Shown here: in pieces, positions 40,120-49,005 of the stretch
How positions within the stretch are numbered: position 1 is the first letter of the stretch
How the letters are laid out: each line of letters opens with the position of its first letter
Source of the DNA: Christensenellales bacterium
GTDB lineage: Bacteria; Bacillota; Clostridia; Christensenellales; CAG-138
Assembly: GCA_045114775.1 (NCBI GenBank)
Contig: JBGULC010000028.1
Span: 20,483-84,482, forward strand
DNA: 64,000 nt
Reading direction: 5' to 3'
The notes under the pieces: generated by a model
Database searches by the model: none
Told to the model about the DNA's origin: nothing
What the model saw: only the letters and a program-made list of their open reading frames with translations
Program-made: the position numbers and the translations under genes

Positions 40120-43100
40120 TTATGCAGCGTCCGTCAGCTTCAGCTTTTTGACTTTCTTCAGCGCGATCGCGTTGACGATGACCGTGAATACGATCGTCAT
40201 CAGCGCGCCGATCGCCCATGCGAAGATCGACGGATGGCGGTCAAACTGTACATAGCTCTGCTCCAGCGAGCGTACGATCTTATAGCCGATGCCTGCACCG
40301 AGTCCGATGCCGAGCAAAATACCTACTGCAGTCGTGACGACCGTTTCGCGCAGAACGTAGCCGATGACCTCCCGGACCGTAAAACCGTTGATTCGCATGA
40401 TCGTCAGCTCCGGCAGCTTCTGCATGATATAGATATTCGTCAGGTTCATCAGCACGACGCCTGCCATGACCGCCGCCATGAAGATGAACAGCAGCACGAC
40501 CATGTTCATCACGCTGGTCGCCGTTTCAAACAGCGTTTTAAAGGAATCGGAATGCGTGTAGCTCTCATACCCCTCGATCGTGCCGAGCTTTTCGAGCAGC
40601 GGATCGAGCTCCGTACCGTCGAGCCGGATCAAAAATGCGTTCGTTTCCGGATTGTGTCCGAACAAGTTCCGAAAGCAGGCGTCGCTCATGTACATCGTTC
40701 TTTCGGTATAAACATTGAAGATGCCTGCGATTTTCGTGTGCGCCGTCTCCGAGCCGTTCAGGATGATCTCTATCGGATCGCCTGCCTTGACGTTATAGTT
40801 TTCGGAAAACCGCTTTGAGACCAGTACGCCCTCCTCGGTCGGTGGAATCGGTTCGCCGGTTTTGATGTCGGCAATGCGTATCATCTCGTTGATCGCGGAA
40901 AGATCTCCGACGTACAGCTCCTGCATATCGAGGTCCTTGATGTGCACGGTCACGTTCTTCCTGAGAACGGGACAGCTCTTTGCGCCTGCGTCCTTCAGGA
41001 TCCGTGCGACGGTATCCGGTGCATCGGCGTTCGTTTCGGGATCGAGCGACACCATGCCGTCATAATGGATGATCTCGCTGAGCTGCAGTTTCAGCGCATT
41101 GCTGACCGCGTTTCGGAGCGTGATGCCGATAACGACCAGCGCGCAGCAGCCCGCGACACTGACGATCGTAACGAGCACGCGGCGAAAATCCGTACGCATA
41201 TTCAGAAGAATAAGGCGCGAATACAGCGACAGCGCGGACCGTTTGCCGGACGCCGCTTTGTTCCTGCCCTTCGGAACCGACTGCTGCATCAGCCTGATCG
41301 CCGGTGTGCGCAGCAGCTTTGCGCATGCAAACCAAATGGAGAAAAATGCCAAAGCAACGCCTGCGAAAAACACGATCGCCGTCGGAAGCACAGCCATTGC
41401 CGGTTTTCTCAGATCGAAATCGAAATAGAGGTTATAGCCGTTGGTGATGAAGCTCTGAATCCAGAACCGCGCGATCAGCAGACCGATCACACAGCCGAGC
41501 AGTGTTGCCGAGATCCCGAACAGCAGGTATTTCGCGAAAATCTCACGGTTGAAGAAGCCAAGCGCCTTCGTCGTCCCGATCTGCCTGCGCTGTTCGTCTA
41601 CCATCTTGCTGATCGTTGCATAGATGACAAGCGCGCCGACCAGAACGAACAGAAGCGCAAAGGTCATTTCCATGCTCTTCAAGTTGTCCGCAGCGGTCCC
41701 GAGCTGCACAAAACCGACGTTCCCGAAGCCGTCCATCACGATCCAGTTGCATGGACCGAGTGCGTCGGCACGTTTTTGCGCCTCTGCGAGCGCTTCCCGG
41801 CCTTCACTGTACTGTTTCAGTCCGTCCGCATAATCCCGTTCGCCATCCTCAAGCTTGATACGCGCATCATCGAGTTCCCGGCGGCCGTTTTCAAGGTCGA
41901 TAAGCCCCTGCGCGTACTGTGCTTCCCCGTCGTTGTACTGCCGAAGTCCGTCCTCATATTGCGCAAGTCCCTCGGCGTACCGCGCCTCGCCCTCCTGATA
42001 CAGCTTAAGCGCGCTCTCGTATTTTGCAAGTCCGTTGCGGTACTGTTTGAGTCCCGAAAGATAGGTCCCGTGTCCGTTGTCCCACTTGGTGCATCCGTCG
42101 GCGAGCGCGTCGTACTGCGATTGATACTCGCCCGCGAGCGACGCAACGCGGTCGGCAAGGAGTTTCCGTGCAACTTCCGGATCGTAATCACCCTCGCCGC
42201 CGAACTGTTCGAACGCTTTGCGCAGTACGCGGTCCGGAATCTGCACTGTGTGCATGAGCTGATCGATCTTGTCGGACAACGATGAGCCGAGATTGATTTT
42301 GAAATTGTCCGTAATCCAAAAATCGCTTGCGGAAACGCCGGAACTGTTCGGATTCGCCTGCTTCGGCTTCGCCCAGGCAATCCACTGGGAAGAATCCTCA
42401 CCGATAATGTCATCAAGCCCGGTATGCAGCTTGTTCCGAATCTGCGTCTTGGCATTCTCGATCGTGTTCCAACCGGAAACGAGCTGCCGTTTTGCCGAAT
42501 CGAGTTTCGTTTCCGTCTCCTGAAGCTGCGACTCGCCCGTTTCAAGCTCAGCTTTTGCCGTGTCGAGCTCCGCGCGGCTGTTCTGAAGCTGCTGTTCGGC
42601 ATTCGCAAGCTGCTGCTTGACTTCGTCCAGCTGTTTCCGTGCGTCTTCGAGCTTTTTTTTGCCTTCCTCGTAGTCCCGCTCGCCCTCCGCAAGCTGTTTT
42701 TTGCCGTCGTCGAGCTCCGCACGCCCGTTTTTGAGCTTCACTTCGGCTTCGTCAAGCGTTCGGCGGTTCTCGTCGATTATCGTCTGCGCCTGTGCCTTGA
42801 CCGATTCCTCGCGGCGCGGCGCTAAGGTCTTTGCTGCCGTTTCCATCCGTTCGCGTACCTCGACCGACGCCGTCCGGTATTCGGCCTCAAATCGGTTCAG
42901 GTCGATCGTACGGTCTGCCATGATCAAAGCCTTCATAAAGCAGCCGTCCAGCGCATCCTCATCGAACGCCGCGGGCGTTACGATGATGTATTGCGTTTCC
43001 GGAATGCTGTTGCAGACATGATCCGGATGCAGAACTGCGCCGCATATGGAAAACGAATCGGTTCTGAGGTACTGCGGCGTCGCGCCTTCGGCGCTCGCGA

Positions 43101-43548
43101 CCGCGACCGTATCGCCGACCTTCCACCCCATCTGGTCCATCAGCCGCTGTTCTACGGCGCATTCGGCGTCGTTTTCCGGCAGACGCCCTTCATATACGGT
43201 CGGGATGTTGATCCGTTCCGTCTTGGAAATCACATAAGCGTCCGTGCGGGTATCATCGGACGCCACCTTGACGGAAATCATATAAATGCCTTCGACGTCT
43301 TCCACGCCCTCCGTATTCCGGACAACGTCCATATCCGCTTCGGAGAGCAGCATTGTGGAAACGATCTCAACGTCACGGAATTTCGTGTCGCGATAAAAGG
43401 CGGTGCCGTTTCTCCGGAGCGCAGCCGCCGCGTATTCGATCCCGAGAAAAATCGTCACGCCGAGCGCGGCGATCACGATGATCGACAAAAATGAGATCTG
43501 TAATCTCAGGATATTCCGGATCGCGTCCTTAAACTGTGTCTTCTTCAT
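40120..43548 (-). CDS. FtsX/MacB-type ABC permease (two FtsX modules) with a ~370-aa coiled-coil ectodomain insert
   Basis: 1142 aa. TM1 after MKKTQFKDAIRNILRL. The heptad-rich insert spans aa ~225-595. There are two 4-TM FtsX-like blocks. Directly downstream of the ATPase gene. Confidence 0.85.
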   Translation of the reverse strand: MKKTQFKDAIRNILRLQISFLSIIVIAALGVTIFLGIEYAAAALRRNGTAFYRDTKFRDVEIVSTMLLSEADMDVVRNTEGVEDVEGIYMISVKVASDDTRTDAYVISKTERINIPTVYEGRLPENDAECAVEQRLMDQMGWKVGDTVAVASAEGATPQYLRTDSFSICGAVLHPDHVCNSIPETQYIIVTPAAFDEDALDGCFMKALIMADRTIDLNRFEAEYRTASVEVRERMETAAKTLAPRREESVKAQAQTIIDENRRTLDEAEVKLKNGRAELDDGKKQLAEGERDYEEGKKKLEDARKQLDEVKQQLANAEQQLQNSRAELDTAKAELETGESQLQETETKLDSAKRQLVSGWNTIENAKTQIRNKLHTGLDDIIGEDSSQWIAWAKPKQANPNSSGVSASDFWITDNFKINLGSSLSDKIDQLMHTVQIPDRVLRKAFEQFGGEGDYDPEVARKLLADRVASLAGEYQSQYDALADGCTKWDNGHGTYLSGLKQYRNGLAKYESALKLYQEGEARYAEGLAQYEDGLRQYNDGEAQYAQGLIDLENGRRELDDARIKLEDGERDYADGLKQYSEGREALAEAQKRADALGPCNWIVMDGFGNVGFVQLGTAADNLKSMEMTFALLFVLVGALVIYATISKMVDEQRRQIGTTKALGFFNREIFAKYLLFGISATLLGCVIGLLIARFWIQSFITNGYNLYFDFDLRKPAMAVLPTAIVFFAGVALAFFSIWFACAKLLRTPAIRLMQQSVPKGRNKAASGKRSALSLYSRLILLNMRTDFRRVLVTIVSVAGCCALVVIGITLRNAVSNALKLQLSEIIHYDGMVSLDPETNADAPDTVARILKDAGAKSCPVLRKNVTVHIKDLDMQELYVGDLSAINEMIRIADIKTGEPIPPTEEGVLVSKRFSENYNVKAGDPIEIILNGSETAHTKIAGIFNVYTERTMYMSDACFRNLFGHNPETNAFLIRLDGTELDPLLEKLGTIEGYESYTHSDSFKTLFETATSVMNMVVLLFIFMAAVMAGVVLMNLTNIYIMQKLPELTIMRINGFTVREVIGYVLRETVVTTAVGILLGIGLGAGIGYKIVRSLEQSYVQFDRHPSIFAWAIGALMTIVFTVIVNAIALKKVKKLKLTDAA

Positions 43549-43554
43549 AACGGA

Positions 43555-44775
43555 TCACCAGACAAGCTCCTCCGCATGGACCGGATGCAGATTCTTTTTG
43601 ATGCTTGCGATCTTTCCGTTGCGCACCTTCACCACACGATCCGCCATCTTGGCGATCTCGGGGTTGTGCGTGACCATCATGACCGTCGCGCCTTCATTGC
43701 GCACGATCTCCTCGACGACCGACAAAACCTCGATGCTCGTCGTGTAGTCGAGCGCCGCGGTCGGCTCGTCGGCAAGGATCAGTTTCGGTTTCTTGACGAT
43801 CGCACGCGCGATCGAAACGCGCTGCTGCTGGCCGCCGGACATCTGCCCGGGGTAGTTTCCCGCGCGTTCGGAAAGGCCCACCTTTGCGATCGCGTCCGCC
43901 GCGTCCATCGGCTCCTTCACGAGCTCTGCGATGAACTGCACGTTCTCGAGCGCGGTCAAGTTCGGCATCAGGTTATAGGATTGGAAGATGAAGCCGATAT
44001 ACTCGCGGCGGTACTTTGTCAGCTCTGCGTCCGACGGATGCGAAAAGTCCTTGCCTTCGACCGTCAGTGTGCCGTCGGTTAAGAAATCCATACCGCCGAC
44101 GATGTTCATCATAGTGGACTTGCCGCAGCCGGATTCGCCGAGCACGACCACGAATTCGTTCTTGTAAATGTCGAGGTTGACGCCCTTCAGGACCTGCAGC
44201 ACGCCGTCGCCGGACGGGAACTCCTTGGTGACGTTCCGGAGCGTCGCAAGAACCTCCTTCTGTTCGCCGAGGTTGACGATCAGCCCTTTTTCATCGATCG
44301 TTATCGCGGCGAGCGACGCCATGCGTTCGCAAAGCTTCAGCTCCTCCGCGTCATAGAGCGAGCCGTCCTTCTTATTGACGATTTGCACGCAGCCGATCAC
44401 GTCATGCAGATTGTTGAGCGGCACACAGATCATAGTCTTGGTGACGAGCCCGTTGTCGTCGAACACGGAGCCCTCGAAGCGCGAATCGTTCGCTGCATCC
44501 TCTACGATCACGGACTTGCCGGTCTTGGTGACAACGCCCTCGATCCCGAGTCCGTTTTCCACCGTGATGTTGGAAATGTCCGCCGGACCGATGTGAAACA
44601 TCGGGGTCAGCCGGTCCGTTTTGGAATCCAGAAGCCAGATCGCGCCGGCTTCGCTGTTCAGTGTCTTGACGATGATCTCCAGACTGCCGGAAAGCGCGTC
44701 GTCAAGGTTGTCCACCTCCAAAAGCTGCTCCATGATCTGCCATGTCGCTTTGGTGAATCGTTTTTCATCTGCCAT
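43555..44775 (-). CDS. GAF domain fused to a MacB/LolD-type ABC ATP-binding protein
   Basis: The N-terminal ~170 aa are GAF-like (AGAIWLLDSKTDRL...GIEGVVTKTGKSVIVEDAANDSRF...MICVPL). Then Walker A GESGCGKST, signature MSGGQQQRVSIARA and Walker B LILADEPTAALD. Start ATG 44775 behind AAGGAG. Confidence 0.85.
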   Translation of the reverse strand: MADEKRFTKATWQIMEQLLEVDNLDDALSGSLEIIVKTLNSEAGAIWLLDSKTDRLTPMFHIGPADISNITVENGLGIEGVVTKTGKSVIVEDAANDSRFEGSVFDDNGLVTKTMICVPLNNLHDVIGCVQIVNKKDGSLYDAEELKLCERMASLAAITIDEKGLIVNLGEQKEVLATLRNVTKEFPSGDGVLQVLKGVNLDIYKNEFVVVLGESGCGKSTMMNIVGGMDFLTDGTLTVEGKDFSHPSDAELTKYRREYIGFIFQSYNLMPNLTALENVQFIAELVKEPMDAADAIAKVGLSERAGNYPGQMSGGQQQRVSIARAIVKKPKLILADEPTAALDYTTSIEVLSVVEEIVRNEGATVMMVTHNPEIAKMADRVVKVRNGKIASIKKNLHPVHAEELVW

Positions 44776-44885
44776 GGTTCCGGTCTCCTTTATTGTCAAA
44801 TGGTCGTTTCAATTTTGTGCGGTCCGATGAAAAGCGCACCGCAGTCCGAAAAGGGCGCTCTAAGGTCGTGAAGGACCGGTTCGCA

Positions 44886-45030
44886 TCAGTTCTCGGTAAA
44901 CGCCGCTTCATAGTCCTCCGACGTTCTGCCGCCGTTGATGTCGAATCCTTTTTTGAAGCTGTACTGCGAGACGCCGGTCTCCACACAGTAATTTATGTCA
45001 TCCACTTTGAAGACCCGAATATACAGGTCT
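44886..45030 (-). pseudogene. possible AraC-family C-terminal HTH remnant
   Basis: The minus frame reads ...DLYIRVFKVDDINYCVETGVSQYSFKKGFDINGGRTSEDYEAAFTEN*. This resembles the last helix region of AraC/XylS proteins (G-F/V-S-x-x-S-Y-F-x-x-x-F-K-K...Y). There is no start codon or N-terminal part. Confidence 0.25.
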
Positions 45031-45037
45031 TCATTTT

Positions 45038-47074
45038 TTAAAGTTTTTTCCGTATCGTCAGGATGTTTTGTCCGAATTTATATGCATAGTCCATGCCGTC
45101 CATGGTCTTCTTCACCAGAAAGATGCCCAACCCGCCGATCGGTCTGTCCTCTGCGGAAAGATGCACATCCGGGTCTTTCTTCTCCAGAGGGTTATAGGGC
45201 ATCCCCTTGTCCAGGAAGGTCAGGGTCGCCGTTTTTGACGCCTGCTCGTATCCGAACCGCACGGTGACGGGACCGGTCCCCGGTGCATAGGCGTACTGGG
45301 AGATGTTCGCCATGATCTCGTCGATCGCCACACCGATCTGCATCTTTGCCTTCGGCGGGCAGTCGACAGCGTCCAGCTCCGCTTCGACGAAATCGGTCAC
45401 CGCAGGGATATTTCCGACCGCGGCTTCCACGGTCAGCGCCTTCACGGACGCAGCGGCCTTCGGTCCCTTATATTCGAGGCAGAGCATGGTGAGATCGTCG
45501 AACTGCTCCGCCTCCTGCACAAAGTCGTCCACCGCCCGGCGTACGCTGCGCAGGATCGCCTCCGGCGCTTCGTCCTTGGCGTCGTTCAACGCGGCGACCA
45601 TCCGCTCGGAACCGAAAAGCTCGTTCTTCGCGTTGCTCGCTTCGGGCACACCGTCCGTATAGACGAAAATCTTTGCTCCCGGCGTCAGTTGAACCTCATA
45701 TTCCCGATACCGGGCGCCGCTCATGCCGCCGATCACAAGACCGTGCTTATCCTTCAACAGGGCAAAGTCTCCGTCCGGCTCCTTGATCACCGGATATTCG
45801 TGTCCCGCGTTTGCCGCCGTGAGCTTGCCGGTGGAGATCTCCAGGATCCCCAGCCACACGGTGACGAACATCTGTTCCTGATTGTTGGAGCAGATCGCCT
45901 CGTTGGTCTTGGTCAAGGTCGCCGCCGGACCGTGTCCCAGCATGGCGCAGCTCTGCAGGATGATCTTGGAAGCCATCATGAACAGCGCCGCCGGCACGCC
46001 CTTTCCGGACACGTCGGCGATGACCAATCCCAGATGGTCCTCGTCGATCAGGAAGAAATCGAAGAAATCGCCGCCCACTTCCTTGGCGGGATCCATGGAA
46101 GCATAGAGCGCGAACTCCGGCCGGTCGGGGAAAGGCGGGAACAGATGCGGCACGAACGCCGCCTGAATGCGGGTCGCGAGAGACAGCTCCGTGCTGATGC
46201 GCTCCCGTTCGGCGGTGATCTGCGTGATATCCGAGATGTAGGTCTCGATCTGCTCCTCCATCGTGTCGATGGACTTTGCCAGCTGCCCGATCTCGTCCTT
46301 GTTGCGGATGACCTCCTGCAGCTTCTGCGCGGACGCCGTATTCTCCCGGGAGAACCGCGCCGCCTCCTCCGTGATCAGATTGACGGGACGCAGCAGCACC
46401 CGATGCAGGTATAAGCTCTGTCCCAGGATCACGAGCAGCACCAGCGTCACGACGGCAAGCGCGATCTTGTTGAGGAAGGTGCTGCGTACGCCGGCGAGGA
46501 TGTCCATCTGCCGCTGCACGCAAAGGATCCCCTTCACGCTGCCGTCAGACCCCAGAAGCCCGATCATGGCGGTGATGTGCGAATCGGTCTCGATGTTGCC
46601 CTTGTCCCGGATCACCAGCTCCCGATCCGCTTCCAGCTCGTAGAGCGCGCGGTATTTTTCCCGATACTCGTCGTTGGTGGTGTCCCGCACGAAGCCGAAA
46701 TCGTACTTGGTATAGGAGCTGTCGTGATCGATCGTTGAGAACAGAAAGGTGATATGCCGATAATCCGACCGGTCGGGCTCGATCACATAGATGAAGGTGG
46801 ACCCGGACGTATTGCACAGGTGGTCCAGCCGATCCCATACCTCCTTGTATGCAGGGGTGACGCCGCCGCTTTGGGCGTATTCGTCTATGTTATCGGCGTC
46901 AACGAGCTCGGCGGCTGTTTGCGCCGTCAGAAAAGCGCCCTCCGCGTACTGATTCAGCAGCGCGTCGGTGAAGGTCCGATAGCCGATGATGCCGACGACC
47001 ACGGAAAACAGCACCAGCAGCAGCACGATGCCGGCTATGCTCTTGACGGTAATGTGTTGTCGCAGCCACTTCAT
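45038..47074 (-). CDS. sensor PP2C (SpoIIE-family) phosphatase fused to a C-terminal RsbW/SpoIIAB-like HATPase domain
   Basis: TM, extracytoplasmic region, TM, then a HAMP-like segment. PP2C core EVGGDFFDFFLIDEDHLGLVIADVSGKGVPAALFM. C-terminal ATPase-like domain (IDEIMANISQYAY...GGLGIFLVKKTMD). The start is uncertain (ATG 47074 or TTG 47113). Confidence 0.8.
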   Translation of the reverse strand: MKWLRQHITVKSIAGIVLLLVLFSVVVGIIGYRTFTDALLNQYAEGAFLTAQTAAELVDADNIDEYAQSGGVTPAYKEVWDRLDHLCNTSGSTFIYVIEPDRSDYRHITFLFSTIDHDSSYTKYDFGFVRDTTNDEYREKYRALYELEADRELVIRDKGNIETDSHITAMIGLLGSDGSVKGILCVQRQMDILAGVRSTFLNKIALAVVTLVLLVILGQSLYLHRVLLRPVNLITEEAARFSRENTASAQKLQEVIRNKDEIGQLAKSIDTMEEQIETYISDITQITAERERISTELSLATRIQAAFVPHLFPPFPDRPEFALYASMDPAKEVGGDFFDFFLIDEDHLGLVIADVSGKGVPAALFMMASKIILQSCAMLGHGPAATLTKTNEAICSNNQEQMFVTVWLGILEISTGKLTAANAGHEYPVIKEPDGDFALLKDKHGLVIGGMSGARYREYEVQLTPGAKIFVYTDGVPEASNAKNELFGSERMVAALNDAKDEAPEAILRSVRRAVDDFVQEAEQFDDLTMLCLEYKGPKAAASVKALTVEAAVGNIPAVTDFVEAELDAVDCPPKAKMQIGVAIDEIMANISQYAYAPGTGPVTVRFGYEQASKTATLTFLDKGMPYNPLEKKDPDVHLSAEDRPIGGLGIFLVKKTMDGMDYAYKFGQNILTIRKKL

Positions 47075-47105
47075 GGAATGCTCTTTTCCCTTTCCCGCGC
47101 AGAGG

Positions 47106-47402
47106 TCATTCAACGGTCAGGATGTCCGAAAAACCGGTGACTTCGAAGATCTCCAGGATCATTTCATTCGCATGGATCACCTTCATGGTCCCCTGCCGGT
47201 TCATCGTCTTCAGCGCCGCAAGCAGCACGCGAAGCCCCGCCGAAGAGATGTAATCGAGCTTCTCGAAATCAAAGGTCAGCTCCTCCACGCCAACGAGCGC
47301 GTCGTTCAGCACCGTCTCCAGTTCCGGCGCGGTCGTCGTGTCCAGTCGCCCTTCGAGGGCGATCGTCAGCGCTTTTTCATTTTTGGTTTGCAGAATCGTC
47401 AT
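47106..47402 (-). CDS. STAS-domain anti-sigma-factor antagonist (SpoIIAA/RsbV-like)
   Basis: 98 aa with the conserved phosphorylatable Ser context DFEKLDYISSAGLRVLL. Confidence 0.85.
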   Translation of the reverse strand: MTILQTKNEKALTIALEGRLDTTTAPELETVLNDALVGVEELTFDFEKLDYISSAGLRVLLAALKTMNRQGTMKVIHANEMILEIFEVTGFSDILTVE

Positions 47403-47516
47403 TGCTTTGCTCCTTTTCTCCCGCTATGGGTTATCTGATGATTCGTTCCGGTCCGTGAAAACCCGGATACCGGCGCCGCAAAACGCGCGGCGCCGGATAT
47501 GCTTCGGTCGGACCGC

Positions 47517-47936
47517 TTACGGTCTGCCGTAATAGAACTCGGTCGCGGTCACGTTTTTCTGGATCAGAACGGAGCTCTGATGAAACGCCGCGATCAGGTC
47601 GTCCGCAGCGGCGTGAACGGCTTCCGCGCTCGTGTCGCTCAGATAGATCACGATCGTGTATTCGCGATAGAGCATCTCTCCGTCTGCCCAGCCGCCGTTC
47701 GCCTCCTGGATCGTCCAGCCGCCGACATGCTTGAGCAGGATCTCCTCCGCTTTCGTTTTGGCTTCGTCCGGCGTGAACACCGGCTCGTTCGTATCCTTAT
47801 CATTCGTACCGAGATACATGACGTACTGCACGTCCCCCGCTGCCTGCTTCGGCAGCAGCGCAACGATCATTCCCGCGACCGACAGGCACAGCGCGACGGC
47901 GGCAAGAACGATTGCAGCGACAGATCTTTTATTCAT
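47517..47936 (-). CDS. membrane-anchored small protein of unknown function
   Basis: MNKRSVAAIVLAAVALCLSVAG TM anchor followed by a ~100-aa domain (YVMYLGTNDKD...GGWTIQEANGGW...YTIVIYL...HQSSVLIQ). It reminds me of a DUF family, but I have not verified this. Start moved to ATG 47936 to avoid overlap. Confidence 0.5.
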   Translation of the reverse strand: MNKRSVAAIVLAAVALCLSVAGMIVALLPKQAAGDVQYVMYLGTNDKDTNEPVFTPDEAKTKAEEILLKHVGGWTIQEANGGWADGEMLYREYTIVIYLSDTSAEAVHAAADDLIAAFHQSSVLIQKNVTATEFYYGRP

Positions 47937-47971
47937 AACGGTAAACACCGCTCGGATCGTACCCGCGTCCG

Positions 47972-48937
47972 TTACATCTGCTGATGCAGCTTGCGGAACT
48001 TCGGGGATTTGGAATCGAGCATTTTGAAGCTCTCCTCCGACGGAATATCGTTCTTGCCGGAGTCGATGTAGTTTCTCAGCACGCCGACCAGCACGAACGG
48101 CTTGATAAAGACCGAGTGGATGATCGCCCACATGATGATCCCGATGAGCGTCGCAAAAGCGATGGGCAGCGTTTGGGGATTTGTGAGGATCTTACCGAGC
48201 CAGTTCGTCGTATCGGTAAGATTTTCCGCCATCCACGCCGCAAGCGGTTCATAGAACGTCTGTCCCTTCAGGATCAGGTAGGCGATAACGCCGAATATGC
48301 CGCCGATCCCGAGCAGAGAAACAAGGCCCATGCCGAACACGCGGCCCATGTTCTTGGCAAACGTCTTGCCGTGCTTGAAGAACAGCACCGCGCCTTCGCA
48401 CGCCGCCTTTGCGGGCTTGACCTCCTTGCGGTAGAAGACCCAGCCGAGGCAGCAGTCGCAAAGGTAATTGACGATCGTCTGCATGGCGGAGCTTACCGCG
48501 CTGCCGACCGCGCCGCCGGTGTCGCCGCCGATGCTTTCACCGAGCTTCGTGACGCCGCGGCCGATCTGGTTGAAGATGCCCCGGATCACGCCGGTGATCG
48601 CGTAGAACGCCGCAACGGTCGCAAAGCGCTCTTTCACGACCTTCTTGCCCTCCTTGATGACGTTGTCGGGCAGTTCGCCTTCGGCAACGCCACGGGTCAT
48701 CATGGCGATCTGTCCCGCTTTCAGCGAATAGGAAATGAACCGCGTGATGAGGATCATCAGAGCGACGCCGATCACCGCGCCGATCAACAAACCGATCGGC
48801 CCGTTCTGCGCGAATTTTTCACCGAGGAAATACCCGAGCGTTCCCGCGCCGAGAAGCAGCGCAACCGAAATGATGTCCCAGAACACGCGGCGCAGAGAGA
48901 AGCCGAGCGTCTTTTTGTAGATTTGTTTGTTGTCCAT
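47972..48937 (-). CDS. polytopic membrane protein of unknown function
   Basis: 321 aa with several predicted TM helices. GGAGG RBS before ATG 48937. No recognisable motif. Confidence 0.55.
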   Translation of the reverse strand: MDNKQIYKKTLGFSLRRVFWDIISVALLLGAGTLGYFLGEKFAQNGPIGLLIGAVIGVALMILITRFISYSLKAGQIAMMTRGVAEGELPDNVIKEGKKVVKERFATVAAFYAITGVIRGIFNQIGRGVTKLGESIGGDTGGAVGSAVSSAMQTIVNYLCDCCLGWVFYRKEVKPAKAACEGAVLFFKHGKTFAKNMGRVFGMGLVSLLGIGGIFGVIAYLILKGQTFYEPLAAWMAENLTDTTNWLGKILTNPQTLPIAFATLIGIIMWAIIHSVFIKPFVLVGVLRNYIDSGKNDIPSEESFKMLDSKSPKFRKLHQQM

Positions 48938-49005
48938 AGTTGCCTCCTAATCCTTATCTTTTATTTTCATGTGTTTATGAACAGTCCCGTAAGATTCACG
49001 GGATC

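Noticed and set aside
47074-47113. The ORF-track starts for many genes (for example 7266, 9688, 10520, 13176, 19883, 23871, 27735, 32081, 34080, 44799, 47113, 53898, 55448, 60369).
   Set aside because: These longest-ORF starts are mostly TTG/GTG codons inside or upstream of the true Shine-Dalgarno sequence, or they overlap the preceding gene. I used the first ATG/GTG located 5-10 nt after a GGAGG-like RBS instead. The PP2C gene start (47074 versus 47113) remains ambiguous.
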